Below, piece after piece: positions 32,088 through 42,117 of a DNA stretch of 64,000 nt (the first letter of the stretch is position 1; each line of letters opens with the position of its first letter). A program made the position numbers and the translations under genes. The stretch is taken from positions 64,064-128,063 of the forward strand of contig CAVWBW010000008.1 of the NCBI GenBank assembly GCA_963753395.1. Direction: 5' to 3'. Below the pieces are notes generated by a model that was not told the origin of the DNA, made no database searches, and saw only the letters and a list, made by a program, of their open reading frames with translations. Source of the stretch: an uncultured delta proteobacterium (GTDB lineage: Bacteria; Myxococcota_A; Polyangia; Polyangiales; Houyiibacteriaceae).

Positions 32088-32492
32088 ATGAAGCTCTGGC
32101 CCGCACTCTTGGTCACCGCTGCGCTTCTCGCGCCAGCGACGAGCCACGCAAAGAAGACCGAAGACTTTCGTCACACCTATGAGCAAGTCTGGGGTGCGGC
32201 GATTCGGCTCATTCGCGTCGACCAGGGCTATGCGATTAAAGACCGCGATGAGAGCGTCGGCTACTTTCTCTTCGACTACAAAGACGATGGCCGAGCATTT
32301 CCCGGAAGCGTCGAGCTCGTCCGCATTGCGGACCAAGGGGGCGGCCCGATTCGCGTCGTGATCCAAATCCCCGCGATGCCGAGCTACATCGAACGCATGC
32401 TGTTGGACAAGCTCGAGAAAAAGCTCCTGCACGAATACGGCCAGCCCGCACCACCGCCGGAAAAGCCCGAAAACCCTCCCACCGACCAGTAG
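32088..32492 (+). CDS. Secreted hypothetical protein
   Basis: Signal peptide MKLWPALLVTAALLAPATSHA; TTGAGC-N17-TAGCTT promoter 8 bp before ATG. Confidence 0.75.
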   Translation: MKLWPALLVTAALLAPATSHAKKTEDFRHTYEQVWGAAIRLIRVDQGYAIKDRDESVGYFLFDYKDDGRAFPGSVELVRIADQGGGPIRVVIQIPAMPSYIERMLLDKLEKKLLHEYGQPAPPPEKPENPPTDQ

Positions 32493-32604
32493 CCGGAGCG
32501 CGAGCCCCGGGGGGAAGGAGGTCGTGCGAGGCGGTGTTGCGAAACCGAACCAGGCCCCCAGCTCTCCCCACCGCCGCACTCGGGCGGCATGCTAGGCTCG
32601 CGGC

Positions 32605-34527
32605 GTGACCGAGCCTAGTGCGGCGCAACAGAGCAGTGCTCGTTTTCTCGTCGGTTCGGCCTGGCTGGGCGCAGCAGCGGCGAGCCTCTGTTTTTGCGTC
32701 AACCTCCTGTTCGTCGAAGATCGCGCCCGACTTTGGGCCGGCAACCAGATGGACCCGACTCAGCGGCGACTCTTCGTCGTGTTGGTGATCGTGTCGGCAG
32801 TGCTGCCCGGCGCTGTGGCGGCGGCCACCATTCGAAGGCGTTCACTCGCGGCTGCGGCCGATGATGTCTGGCTGTGGGGCCATCGGCTCTCGCCGCTCGT
32901 GCTCCTCGCGCCGATCGCCCCGCTCATCGACCGGGCAAGCTTCATCGGGAAGCCGATCACGTCAGTGAGCTACATGCTCGTCATCGGCCTTGCTGCGGCC
33001 GCGATCGGGACGCGATGCCTCGAGCGTGGGTTCGCCTCGAGCCGAGCGCCAGATTCCGCACCAACCGCAACCGGGTGGCGAACGTTCGTGCCCAGCGGGC
33101 TGACGGTCGCCGTCTGCGTCTCTCTCTTCGCGCACTTCGCGTACTACGCCGTGCTGCGCCACCACCAGATGCGGAGCGACGCCTACGACCTCGGCATCTT
33201 CGACAACATGATGTGGCATTTAACGCACGGCGAAGGGTTCGGCTCGACGCCAGCATTCGGCCCCGAGGGCAACCATCTGCATCGGCACACGACGTTCGGC
33301 GCGCCGTTGCTCATCCCGCTGTACGCGATCTGGCCGCGCTCCGAAACGCTGCTGATCGTGCAGGCGGCGTTTGCCGCCAGCACTCCGATCCCGATCTACA
33401 TGCTCGGCCGGCGCCTCCTCGGAAGCCCGTGGCTCGGCTTCGTCTTCGCGCTTTGCTACGCGCTCTACGCGCCGACGCACGGGCCGGTTTTCTACGACTT
33501 CCACTTCCTCACGATGGCGTCGCCGCTCTTTGCGTGGGTGTTCTATCTGTCGTTCACAGACAATACGCGGGCGCTCGTCGTGATGACGATCCTGACGCTC
33601 GCTTGGCGCGAAGATACGGGCGCGGTGCTTGCGTCCGCCGGCATCGTCCTGTGGCTCTGGGGCGTTCACCCGAAGCGCACGTTGATCTTCGTCGTGGTGT
33701 GCGGAGCCCATTTCGCGCTGACGAAGTTCGTGTTCATGCCGCTCGGCGGCTCGCATGCCAGCTTTGCCGGCTACTATCACCACCTTCAGGCGCCGGGAGC
33801 GCCCGGCTTCTGGGCCGTCATCGAGACCTGGCTCACCAATCCGTTCTACGTGTTCGACGAAATCTTCGACCGAAAGAGGCTTCTGTACATCCTGCACCTC
33901 TTCGTGCCGCTGCTCTTCTTTCCGTTGCGGGCGAAGACCACCTGGCTAGCCTTGTTGCCAGCAGCGGTGTTCACGCTGATGTCTTCGCGTGATCCCCTCT
34001 ACCAGATCTATTTCCAGTACACCGTGTTCTGGGCGCCGACGGCGTTCTTGCTCATGTTCATGGTGCTCGAGCGCAGGCTCGGCGCTACCGGTCGCCGCAG
34101 AGCACTTGCAGCAAACGCCGGGGCAATCCTGCTGACCACGCTCCTCACCAGCTATTTCTACGGATCCGTATTCGAGTCGCCCAAGATGAAAGGGGGCTTC
34201 GGGCGCATCTCCTACGAGTGGACCGAGCAAGACGAAGCGCGACTCGCTGCATTCCGGGAGCTGACAGCGCAGATCCCGCGCGACGCGTCCATCGCCGCGA
34301 CGAGCCGGGAGGTTCCCCACTTCAGCAACCGCAAGAACGCGTACAGCCTCGAGGTTGGCTATTTCGACGCCGACTACGTGCTGGCGCGCCGCAGGCTCGT
34401 TTCCGGCAAGGAGCCCGCGCGCAAAGCCTACGACGAAGCGCTCGCCAGCGGTCAGTACGAAAAGGTCGGCAGCCAAGACATCTTCGTTCTTTGGAAGCGA
34501 ACCGATAGATCGGAGGTCCGGGAGTGA
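32605..34527 (+). CDS. DUF2079-like polytopic membrane protein (GT-C-type glycosyltransferase)
   Basis: AYDLGIFDN, LYAIWPRSETLLIVQA, YDFH, REDTG motifs; many TM helices. Confidence 0.8.
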   Translation: MTEPSAAQQSSARFLVGSAWLGAAAASLCFCVNLLFVEDRARLWAGNQMDPTQRRLFVVLVIVSAVLPGAVAAATIRRRSLAAAADDVWLWGHRLSPLVLLAPIAPLIDRASFIGKPITSVSYMLVIGLAAAAIGTRCLERGFASSRAPDSAPTATGWRTFVPSGLTVAVCVSLFAHFAYYAVLRHHQMRSDAYDLGIFDNMMWHLTHGEGFGSTPAFGPEGNHLHRHTTFGAPLLIPLYAIWPRSETLLIVQAAFAASTPIPIYMLGRRLLGSPWLGFVFALCYALYAPTHGPVFYDFHFLTMASPLFAWVFYLSFTDNTRALVVMTILTLAWREDTGAVLASAGIVLWLWGVHPKRTLIFVVVCGAHFALTKFVFMPLGGSHASFAGYYHHLQAPGAPGFWAVIETWLTNPFYVFDEIFDRKRLLYILHLFVPLLFFPLRAKTTWLALLPAAVFTLMSSRDPLYQIYFQYTVFWAPTAFLLMFMVLERRLGATGRRRALAANAGAILLTTLLTSYFYGSVFESPKMKGGFGRISYEWTEQDEARLAAFRELTAQIPRDASIAATSREVPHFSNRKNAYSLEVGYFDADYVLARRRLVSGKEPARKAYDEALASGQYEKVGSQDIFVLWKRTDRSEVRE

Positions 34528-35270
34528 CCGCTCGCCGCATGCAGATGGTCGTGCCCTGCTACAACGAAGCGGCCCGATTCGACCACGCGGCCTTCGACCG
34601 AGCATTGGCTGAGAACGCCGACCTCGCATTCGTGTTGGTCAACGACGGAAGCACCGACGAGACGGCGGCCGCACTTCATGCATTGGCCTCGCGGCACGCA
34701 GAGCGGGTCAGGGTCATCGACCATGCGAAGAATGCAGGGAAGGCCGAGGCGGTGCGTCAAGGCATGTTGATGGCGTTCGGAGAAGGGGCCGCGATGGCGG
34801 GATATTGGGACGCCGACCTCGCCACGCCGCTCGATGCGATCAGCGGCTTCGTCGCGGTTCTCGACTCCAATCCCGAGGTCGACATCGTGCTTGGCGCGCG
34901 CGTCGCCATACTCGGTCACGAGATCGAGCGAAGCGCAACGCGCCACTACGCCGGACGCGTATTCGCCACCCTGGCAAGCGTCGCCCTCGGACTGTCTGTG
35001 TACGACACGCAATGCGGCGCGAAGCTCTTCCGCTGCAACGACACCACCCGCGCGCTGTTCGCCGAGCCGTTCGGGTCACGCTGGGTGTTCGACGTAGAGC
35101 TCCTCGCCCGGTACGTCGCGGGCGGAAGCGAGCCGAACGGCATTCGCGAGCTCCCGCTCGAGCGTTGGACCGACGTAGCCGGCTCCAAGGTAAACCCCGC
35201 CGACTTCGCCCGTGGCGTCATCGAGCTAGTCCGAATCAGACGCAAGTACGACTTGCGCCGATCCGATTGA
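34524..35270 (+). CDS. GT2 polyprenol-phosphate glycosyltransferase (DPG/DPM synthase-like)
   Basis: VVPCYNEA, VNDGSTD, NAGKAEAVRQG, WDADLATP, DTQCGAKLF, WVFDVEL. Confidence 0.9.
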   Translation: MTARRMQMVVPCYNEAARFDHAAFDRALAENADLAFVLVNDGSTDETAAALHALASRHAERVRVIDHAKNAGKAEAVRQGMLMAFGEGAAMAGYWDADLATPLDAISGFVAVLDSNPEVDIVLGARVAILGHEIERSATRHYAGRVFATLASVALGLSVYDTQCGAKLFRCNDTTRALFAEPFGSRWVFDVELLARYVAGGSEPNGIRELPLERWTDVAGSKVNPADFARGVIELVRIRRKYDLRRSD

Positions 35271-35294
35271 GCCTCGTCTCGCGAAGCGCCGCGG

Positions 35295-36980
35295 CTACTT
35301 GTTCGATTCGGGCTGCTCGAAGCAGTAGATGGCCTGCAGATCTTGGCCGCAGTCCTTCGTCTGCCACTGAGTCCAGCCGGGCTGCGACCGAATCCATTGA
35401 CCGCTCTGCACTGGGGCAAAGCCGCTCTGGTCGGTCGTAAGACCGAGGCAGCCGTCGTTGAAGTGCGTGAAGCCCTGATACGTGGTGTTGGTCCAGACGA
35501 AGCAGAAGTCGTTTTCGCCGGGGATGTTGCAGGTCGTCGTGAGGTTGATGCCGTTCTCGTCGACGCGGATGTCGCGGTCGAGCTCGCCGTCGATCAAGTC
35601 ACTCCAGTCAGCTGCGATCGGATCGCCGTTGATCAAGCGATACGGGATCGCCGAACGGTGGAAGCGCTTCTGTGGGGACGTGCACTCGTCGGAAGTCCAA
35701 GACATCCAGTATCCGCCAAGGCCCGCCTCTCGCGCGAGGTCCGCACAGAGCTTGTCGGCGCCGCGCGGTCCGTTGAGGTCCGCCGTATAGAGCTGACTGC
35801 TGACGAAGACCATCGCCGCGTCTTCGCAGGCTCCGTCCACGCAAACCTCGAGAGGTCCGCAATCATCGGTGCCAGGACAGCTGCGGTCGGTCGCCATGCC
35901 GGCGTCCCGCGCGCCCTTGTCCGGAACGCAGCCGCCCTGACCGCCTTCGCCGCCCATGCCGCCTTCGCCGCCCATGCCACCTGCGCCAGCCATGCCGCCT
36001 TCGCCGCCCATCCCGCCTGCGCCAGCCATGCCGCCCATGCCGCCTTCGCCGCCCATGCCGCCTTCGCCGCCGACGCCACCGATACCGCCCATGCCGCCGG
36101 AACCACCGGCGCCAGCCGAGCCGCCCATGCCGCCTTCGCCGCCGACGCCACCGATACCGCCCGTGCCGCCGGAACCACCGGTGCCAGCCGAGCCGCCCAT
36201 GCCGCCTTCGCCGCCGACGCCGCCGATACCGCCCATGCCGCCGGAACCACCGGCGCCAGCTGAGCCGCCCATGCCGCCGCCACCCGAACCATCGACGCAG
36301 GTGATGTCGACGGTCCAGTTGCAGTCACAGTAGCGGAAGCCGTCGTCAGACACTGTGATCGTGATCGTCTGCTCGCCGACCTCTTCGCAGGTGTACTTCG
36401 TCTCGGGGGCGGTGGGGTCCGCGAAGGAGCCGCCGGTGCCCGTCCAGAGGTATTCGATGGGGTCGCCCTCGACGTCGGCCGCTTTGGCAAAGACGTCAAT
36501 CTGATTGCCGACGGAGGTCTGCAAAGGTGAGACGATGACCTTGACGAGGTCGGAACAGAAGTTGAGCTTGCCATTGACACGGACACCGCCGTACTGCTCG
36601 TTGGGCTTGCAGTTGAGGATCACCATGACCTCGGTGGAGATGCCGACTGCCACGTCGAACCGGGCAGAGCCTGAGCAGGAAGTCTCTCCGTCGGTGGATA
36701 CCGCAGTCATAGCGACTTTGTAGCCCTCGCCAGCTTCGATGCCGTAGACCTCGACCGACGCCGTCGACCCGGGAGCGCTCGTATTGATGGTGCCCACCAT
36801 CTCAGGCATCGCGTTCCCGGTGATCGAGTAGGAGACCTCGTCGATCTCGATGCCATTGGCGAGCTCGAGCTCGAGCGAAAGGCCGCCTGTGTTGTCACTC
36901 GAGTCGGCGCCGCATCCAACGAAAAGAACGGCGCTGAACAGCCAGCTAACGAGCCAGCGCATCCGGGGGGAACTGGGCAT
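35295..36980 (-). CDS. Lipoprotein with Gly-rich linker and DUF1554-like C-terminal domain
   Basis: Lipobox FVGC; Ig/PKD-like middle; GGM/GGE repeats; VFVSS...GADKLCADLA...VWTNT C-terminal domain. Confidence 0.75.
   Translation of the reverse strand: MPSSPRMRWLVSWLFSAVLFVGCGADSSDNTGGLSLELELANGIEIDEVSYSITGNAMPEMVGTINTSAPGSTASVEVYGIEAGEGYKVAMTAVSTDGETSCSGSARFDVAVGISTEVMVILNCKPNEQYGGVRVNGKLNFCSDLVKVIVSPLQTSVGNQIDVFAKAADVEGDPIEYLWTGTGGSFADPTAPETKYTCEEVGEQTITITVSDDGFRYCDCNWTVDITCVDGSGGGGMGGSAGAGGSGGMGGIGGVGGEGGMGGSAGTGGSGGTGGIGGVGGEGGMGGSAGAGGSGGMGGIGGVGGEGGMGGEGGMGGMAGAGGMGGEGGMAGAGGMGGEGGMGGEGGQGGCVPDKGARDAGMATDRSCPGTDDCGPLEVCVDGACEDAAMVFVSSQLYTADLNGPRGADKLCADLAREAGLGGYWMSWTSDECTSPQKRFHRSAIPYRLINGDPIAADWSDLIDGELDRDIRVDENGINLTTTCNIPGENDFCFVWTNTTYQGFTHFNDGCLGLTTDQSGFAPVQSGQWIRSQPGWTQWQTKDCGQDLQAIYCFEQPESNK
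35935..36285 (-). repeat. Coding tandem repeat (72-bp unit x3 plus shorter Gly-Gly-X units)
   Basis: GGMGGSAGxGGSGGxGGIGGVGGE x3; 72-bp period visible at 36121/36193. Confidence 0.85.
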
Positions 36981-37100
36981 ACGGGGGTCTCCTAGGGGGG
37001 GTGCCGACGGTACCACAACTGCTGTTCAGTTAATTCGAGGTTTTTCTCGGACCTGCACGGAATGTAATCCGGATCACACACCGACATACACGGTTCTTGC

Positions 37101-37204
37101 GCCATCACCCGGCCACCCCTGCCCGTAGCCCCCCCCTCCGCGCCCTGCGCTTCGCTTCGACTTGGGGGCGGATTCTCGCCGGGCTCCCCCGTGCCGGCTC
37201 GCGC
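37101..37204 (-). repeat. Dispersed REP-like element, diverged inverted copy 5
   Basis: Minus strand GCGAGCCGGCACGGGGGAGCCCGGCGAGAATCCGCCCCCAAGTCGAAGCGAAGCGCAGGGCGCGGAGGGGGGGCTACGGG. Confidence 0.7.
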
Positions 37205-37220
37205 CTGAGCTAGGGCGACG

Positions 37221-37940
37221 TCAGCGGCCCTGCGCCTCCCCTGTCATCGGTACGAACCTGACCGGCAACACCTCTTCCTGCCGAAACCCGGTCTTCGTCC
37301 GGGTCACTCGGAGCAAGCTCTGGAAGCGGGTGCCGACAGGAATGACCAGGCGGCCACCAATCTTCAGCTGCTCCTTCAATGGCTCCGGGATCGCTGGCGG
37401 CGCGGCGGTCACCACGACCGCGTCGAAGGGGGCGTGCTCCGGCCAGCCGACGTAGCCGTCCCCGTGGCGCACCGTCACGTCGTAGCCGAGCTTGCCCAGC
37501 CTCGCCTTTGCCTCCTTCGCCAGCGTCTCGACGATTTCGATCGAGAACACCTTCACGCCCATCTCCGCGAGGATGGCGGCCTGGTAGCCCGAGCCCGTGC
37601 CCACCTCGAGCACGATGTCGCCGGGCTTCAGGTCCGCGAGCTCGCTCATCAGCGCGACGATGTAGGGCTGGCTGATCGTCTGCTGATGGCCGATCGGGAG
37701 CGGTCGGTCGTCGTAGGCCGACGCGCGCTGCGCCTCTTGGACGAAGCGCTCACGGGGCACCGCGCGCATCGCCCGGAGCACGTGGGGATCTTGAATCCCA
37801 CGTGACTCGATTTGAGTGCTCACCATGCGCCACCGCTCTTGTTCGCGGATCGCCGCTTCTTCAGGCCCCGCATGCGCAGGCCCGGATCTTTGGCTGCAGG
37901 CGCCGAGCACCAAGAGCGTCATCCACAGAGCGCGTCGCAT
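37221..37940 (-). CDS. pcm: Protein-L-isoaspartate O-methyltransferase with lipoprotein-like N-terminus
   Basis: AYDDRPLPIG, TISQPYIVA, LEVGTGSGYQAA, GDGYVGWPEHAPFD, VRFVPM. Confidence 0.93.
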   Translation of the reverse strand: MRRALWMTLLVLGACSQRSGPAHAGPEEAAIREQERWRMVSTQIESRGIQDPHVLRAMRAVPRERFVQEAQRASAYDDRPLPIGHQQTISQPYIVALMSELADLKPGDIVLEVGTGSGYQAAILAEMGVKVFSIEIVETLAKEAKARLGKLGYDVTVRHGDGYVGWPEHAPFDAVVVTAAPPAIPEPLKEQLKIGGRLVIPVGTRFQSLLRVTRTKTGFRQEEVLPVRFVPMTGEAQGR

Positions 37941-38020
37941 CACGCAGAAAATACCACGGAAAGAACGGCGGTGCGGCGCTGGTTGCCGACCCAAAGGTCG
38001 CGGCTATCCTTCGGCGCCCA

Positions 38021-39244
38021 ATGCCCCTGGTCGTACAGAAATATGGCGGCACAAGCGTCGGTTCGCTGGACCGGATACGCATGGTCGCGGAGCGCGTGGC
38101 GGAGACCTATCGCGACGGCCATCAGGTCATCGTGGTGGTGAGCGCGATGGCGGGCGAAACCGACCGGCTCCTCAGCATGGGTTGGGACCTCTCGAAGAAG
38201 CCTGCCGAACGCGAGATGGATGTGCTCGTGTCGAGCGGTGAGCAGGTGAGCGCGGCGCTCCTTGCGATTCAGCTCAACGAGCTCGGCGTGCCGGCGCGCT
38301 CGCTGCTCGGTCACCAGGCTCGCATTCGCACCGAGAACGTCTTTCGGAAGGCCCGCATCCGCACCATCGACGGGGACGCGCTCCGTTCGTCGCTCGACAG
38401 CGGCAACGTACTCGTCGTGGCGGGGTTTCAAGGCACCGACGCGTACGGCAACATCACCACGCTCGGGCGCGGCGGGTCCGACACGTCCGCCGTCGCGATT
38501 GCTGCCGCCGTCAAAGCCGACATCTGCGAGATCTGTACCGACGTCGACGGGGTGTACTCCACCGACCCCGGTGTCTGCGCGAAGGCGAGGAAGATCGCGC
38601 GCATCAGCTACGAGGAGATGCTCGAGCTCTCCTCGCTCGGCGCCAAAGTTCTGCAGATTCGTTCGGTAGAGCTCGCCATGAAACACCGGATGCCGCTGCA
38701 TGTGCGCTCGAGTTTCTCGAAAGCGGAGGGAACGATCGTGACCGATGAAGAACACCTGCTCGAAAAAGTCATCGTCGCCGGCGTGGCCGCCGACAAGAAG
38801 ACCGCAAAGCTCACCGTCCGCGCGCTACCGGATCACCCCGGGGTCGTTGCGAGCGTGTTCGAGCCGCTCGCCGAAGCGAACATCTCGGTCGACATGATCA
38901 TTCAGAACGTCTCGCGCGAGGGCCACACCGACCTGACGTTCACAGTGAGCCGCGAGGACGCCGACCGCGCCGAGGAAATCGCCAAGCATCTGGTTGCCAG
39001 CGTCAACGCCGAGGGCGTCGGACGCGACGATTCAGTGGCCAAGGTGTCGATCGTGGGCGTGGGCATGCGCAATCACGCCGGCATCGCCGCACGCATGTTC
39101 CGCCTGCTCGCCGACAACAGCATCAACATCCAGGCGATTAGTACCAGCGAGATCAAGACCTCGTGCTTGATCAAGGCTGAGCATGCCGATAAGGCGGTCG
39201 TGATTCTGCACGACGGGTTTGAGCTCGAAAAGAACGGCAACTAG
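38021..39244 (+). CDS. lysC: Aspartate kinase
   Basis: VQKYGGTSV, VVVSAMAG, TTLGRGGSDTSA, TDVDGVY, two ACT domains. Confidence 0.96.
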   Translation: MPLVVQKYGGTSVGSLDRIRMVAERVAETYRDGHQVIVVVSAMAGETDRLLSMGWDLSKKPAEREMDVLVSSGEQVSAALLAIQLNELGVPARSLLGHQARIRTENVFRKARIRTIDGDALRSSLDSGNVLVVAGFQGTDAYGNITTLGRGGSDTSAVAIAAAVKADICEICTDVDGVYSTDPGVCAKARKIARISYEEMLELSSLGAKVLQIRSVELAMKHRMPLHVRSSFSKAEGTIVTDEEHLLEKVIVAGVAADKKTAKLTVRALPDHPGVVASVFEPLAEANISVDMIIQNVSREGHTDLTFTVSREDADRAEEIAKHLVASVNAEGVGRDDSVAKVSIVGVGMRNHAGIAARMFRLLADNSINIQAISTSEIKTSCLIKAEHADKAVVILHDGFELEKNGN

Positions 39245-39392
39245 AGCAACCCCCGCACCGAACGGCCGATGCTGGGTCGTGCCCGGCGATCCATCTCTCA
39301 CCCAACCCGGCGCGTGCGTCGTGCTGCTGCTCGTCGCAAGCGCACTCGCATCGTCCGAACCGTTGCGGATCGCGCAGCGGCCATACGCGTCG

Positions 39393-39920
39393 TTAGCGGA
39401 GGTCGAAACGAACGCCAACGCGGAGCGCGGCCGTGATGATGAACGCGCCAAGCGGGCTCTTCGCGTTCGTCGCCACCCAGAAGCCGCGGGCGTCGGCGCC
39501 GATGATCCATCGCGGATTGATCAGGAAGTCGACACCCAGCAACGCGTGCAGGGCGAAGTCCCCGCGCCCGTTGCGTTCCTGGACGCTCAGGATGCCATCC
39601 AACCCAAACCCGATCAGCGGCACGAACCGCACGATGTCGACCGCGTACAGGGTCTCGAGTCCGGCGATCCCCATGTGGAGCGTTCGGTCTTCGAAGTAAA
39701 CGTTGTAGCTCAGCAGGCCCTGGATGCTCCAGGCATCGCCGATCCCGCCGCCAGCGGTCAACGCGAAGTCGACGCCGTTTTGGGGGAGGGCGTCGCCGTG
39801 CGGCATGCCCGCGTACCCGACGGCAAAGCCAAGCGTGGCCTGGTCCTCGTACGCGCGGGCCGAAGTAGGGAGTGACGCCATCAAGCTGAGACACCCCAAA
39901 GTCCAGACGACGAAGCGCAC
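39393..39920 (-). CDS. Small outer-membrane beta-barrel protein
   Basis: Signal peptide, alternating beta strands, C-terminal VGVRF. Confidence 0.65.
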   Translation of the reverse strand: MRFVVWTLGCLSLMASLPTSARAYEDQATLGFAVGYAGMPHGDALPQNGVDFALTAGGGIGDAWSIQGLLSYNVYFEDRTLHMGIAGLETLYAVDIVRFVPLIGFGLDGILSVQERNGRGDFALHALLGVDFLINPRWIIGADARGFWVATNAKSPLGAFIITAALRVGVRFDLR

Positions 39921-40036
39921 AGCGGCCCCTCTAGCATGGGCGCCGCGCCGAGCGCGAGGCTACGTTGACGGGACGGGGGCCCCGTGTATAGTGCCGACCC
40001 GATTTACAGGGGATTCCCCGCCTTTTGGAGAAAATC

Positions 40037-40894
40037 TTGGCCAACGACTCTGCCAAAGACGAAAAACAAGCGCCGATGACCGCAGGCGAGCGACTCGCCG
40101 CGCAACAGGCCGCCAAGGCTGCGCGCAAAGCGGCGCAGAAGGGGCGCGACGCGGAGCTCGTTGAAGAGAAAGCGATCGCGCAGGCCGCAGTGGCGAAGGA
40201 CTGGCTGCAAGATAACCTCAAGCCCCTCGGGTTGATGGCGGGCGGCGTCCTCTTGGTTGCGGCCATCGGGATTGGCTGGTCGACCTACACGCGAGGGCAG
40301 GCGGCTGACGCGGGCGCCGCGCTCGGTGTCGTGCTCGACGCAGACGAGAGCGAGAGCGCGGCGTTGGCGAGCGCATACGCAGACGTCGCAAACGCGCACC
40401 CAAAGACACCCGCCGCAGCTTGGGCGCGGGTCGGGGAGGGCAAGGCGCTCTACGCACAAGGGGACTGGGCCGGCGCGCGCGCCGCGTACCAAGCGGCCCT
40501 CGATGTCAGCGAGGACGAAGTGATCCGTTGGGCCGCGCTCGAAGGCATCGCATACTCGCTCGAAGCCGAGACCTCCTATGACGAGGCGCTCGAGCAGCTC
40601 GAAGCGCTCCGTGAGGTCGACCCGAGCGTCGCGCCCATCGCCGGCTACCACCAGGGCCGGATCCTTCAGGCGCAAGGCAAGCTCGAAGAGGCGAGGACCA
40701 AATTCGATGGTGTCTTGGCCGATTTGAAGGACCCCGAAGCACCGGTGCTGCCGTACACCGAGGAGCAAACGGAGGCACGCCTGGCCCTGCTAGACCCGAG
40801 TCTCGCCTCCGGCGAGGGCATGGACCCTCGCCGTGCGGATGAGTTCATCCGGCAGATGAACGAGATGCTCCAACGGCAACCGCCCAAAGAGTAA
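40037..40894 (+). CDS. YfgM-like membrane-anchored TPR protein
   Basis: Single TM then TPR helices; precedes bamB-like gene; GGAG RBS before TTG 40037. Confidence 0.7.
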   Translation: MANDSAKDEKQAPMTAGERLAAQQAAKAARKAAQKGRDAELVEEKAIAQAAVAKDWLQDNLKPLGLMAGGVLLVAAIGIGWSTYTRGQAADAGAALGVVLDADESESAALASAYADVANAHPKTPAAAWARVGEGKALYAQGDWAGARAAYQAALDVSEDEVIRWAALEGIAYSLEAETSYDEALEQLEALREVDPSVAPIAGYHQGRILQAQGKLEEARTKFDGVLADLKDPEAPVLPYTEEQTEARLALLDPSLASGEGMDPRRADEFIRQMNEMLQRQPPKE

Positions 40895-40903
40895 GCTTCG
40901 GCT

Positions 40904-42103
40904 ATGCGCATTCGCCATGCCGCCGCTTGGGCCGTCCTGATGCTGCTGGGCGCGGCCACGCCCGGTTGCGGCTCGTCTGGGACGCCGTCGACCAACGCCG
41001 ACAACTTCGGCTGGGTCCAGAGCGGAGCGAACTACGCGATGCCAGGCGAGGGTGGCTTCAACGTACGCTGGTCGAGACAGCTCACCGACCGGTGGGAAGC
41101 GCGCTTTCTGCCGGTGCAACTGAGTGGGGCTGCGTTCGACACCAAACGCAAGCGCGTCTACATCGGTACGACAGAAGGCAACATGTTCGCCTATGACATG
41201 GAGGGCCGGCGGCGCTTCTTCTACGACGCGGGGGCGCAGATCGAGTCGCACGCGGCCGTCGCGCCGAAGTCGGGCGAGGTGTATTTCGCATCGGTCGACG
41301 GCGCGGTGCATGCGTTGATGCCGGACGGGATTCTCAAGTGGAAGACGAAGTTGATCGGGGCGATTCGCGCTCGTCCGGTCGTGACGAAGGACGCTCTCTA
41401 CCTCGTCGGAGAATACGATGTGGTCACCGCGTTGGCGCGCGACGACGGACGAATCCTTTGGACCTACGACAAAGAACCCGTCGAAGAGATCACGATCGCG
41501 GGTCACGCGGGACTCTTGCTCGAGGGCGGCCGCCTCTTCGCCGCCTTCACCGACGGGGCAGTCGCTGCCATCAACCCGGCCGACGGACGCCTGCTTTGGG
41601 AGACCGAGACCGCGTTCGACATCGAGCGCCGCCCCGGCAACGTGCCGCAGTTCCTCGACGTCGATACGACGCCAGTCATGCTTCGCGGAACGCTCTACAT
41701 CGCGTCGTTCACCGCGGGCTTGTACGCCCTCAATCCCGTCAACGGATCCGTGGAATGGCGGGACGCGGCATTCACGGGCGTCACGGGGCTCGCCGCGGCC
41801 GGGCGCATGCTCGTGATCTCCTCGGCGGGCCGGGGCATCTCGCTGATGGACCTCCGTACACGCAAAATACAATGGGAAAAGGCGCCCGAGCGGGGCGCGC
41901 CGACCCCGCCGATCGTCACGGAGACGGGCACGGTGATCTACGGCGAGACCCAAGGCTCGCTGCTCGCGCTGTCGTTGTCCGACGGCCGAGAAATCGCACG
42001 CGCCGAGGGCGGCGCTGGATTCTCCGCGACTCCAACGGTGCACGGCCGGCTGGGCGGGGCGATCTCGAACGGTGGCCGCTTCTTGTTCTTGCGGATTAAC
42101 TAG
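40904..42103 (+). CDS. PQQ-like beta-propeller lipoprotein (BamB-like)
   Basis: Lipobox-like PGC; repeats ALxxxDGRxLW, DVDTTPV; yfgM-bamB-type synteny. Confidence 0.8.
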   Translation: MRIRHAAAWAVLMLLGAATPGCGSSGTPSTNADNFGWVQSGANYAMPGEGGFNVRWSRQLTDRWEARFLPVQLSGAAFDTKRKRVYIGTTEGNMFAYDMEGRRRFFYDAGAQIESHAAVAPKSGEVYFASVDGAVHALMPDGILKWKTKLIGAIRARPVVTKDALYLVGEYDVVTALARDDGRILWTYDKEPVEEITIAGHAGLLLEGGRLFAAFTDGAVAAINPADGRLLWETETAFDIERRPGNVPQFLDVDTTPVMLRGTLYIASFTAGLYALNPVNGSVEWRDAAFTGVTGLAAAGRMLVISSAGRGISLMDLRTRKIQWEKAPERGAPTPPIVTETGTVIYGETQGSLLALSLSDGREIARAEGGAGFSATPTVHGRLGGAISNGGRFLFLRIN

Positions 42104-42117
42104 AGCGGCGTCGGCAA

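Noticed and set aside
39255..39365. Imperfect inverted repeat between lysC and the OMP gene
   Set aside because: Only about 10 bp of imperfect pairing in GC-rich DNA; not distinguishable from chance.
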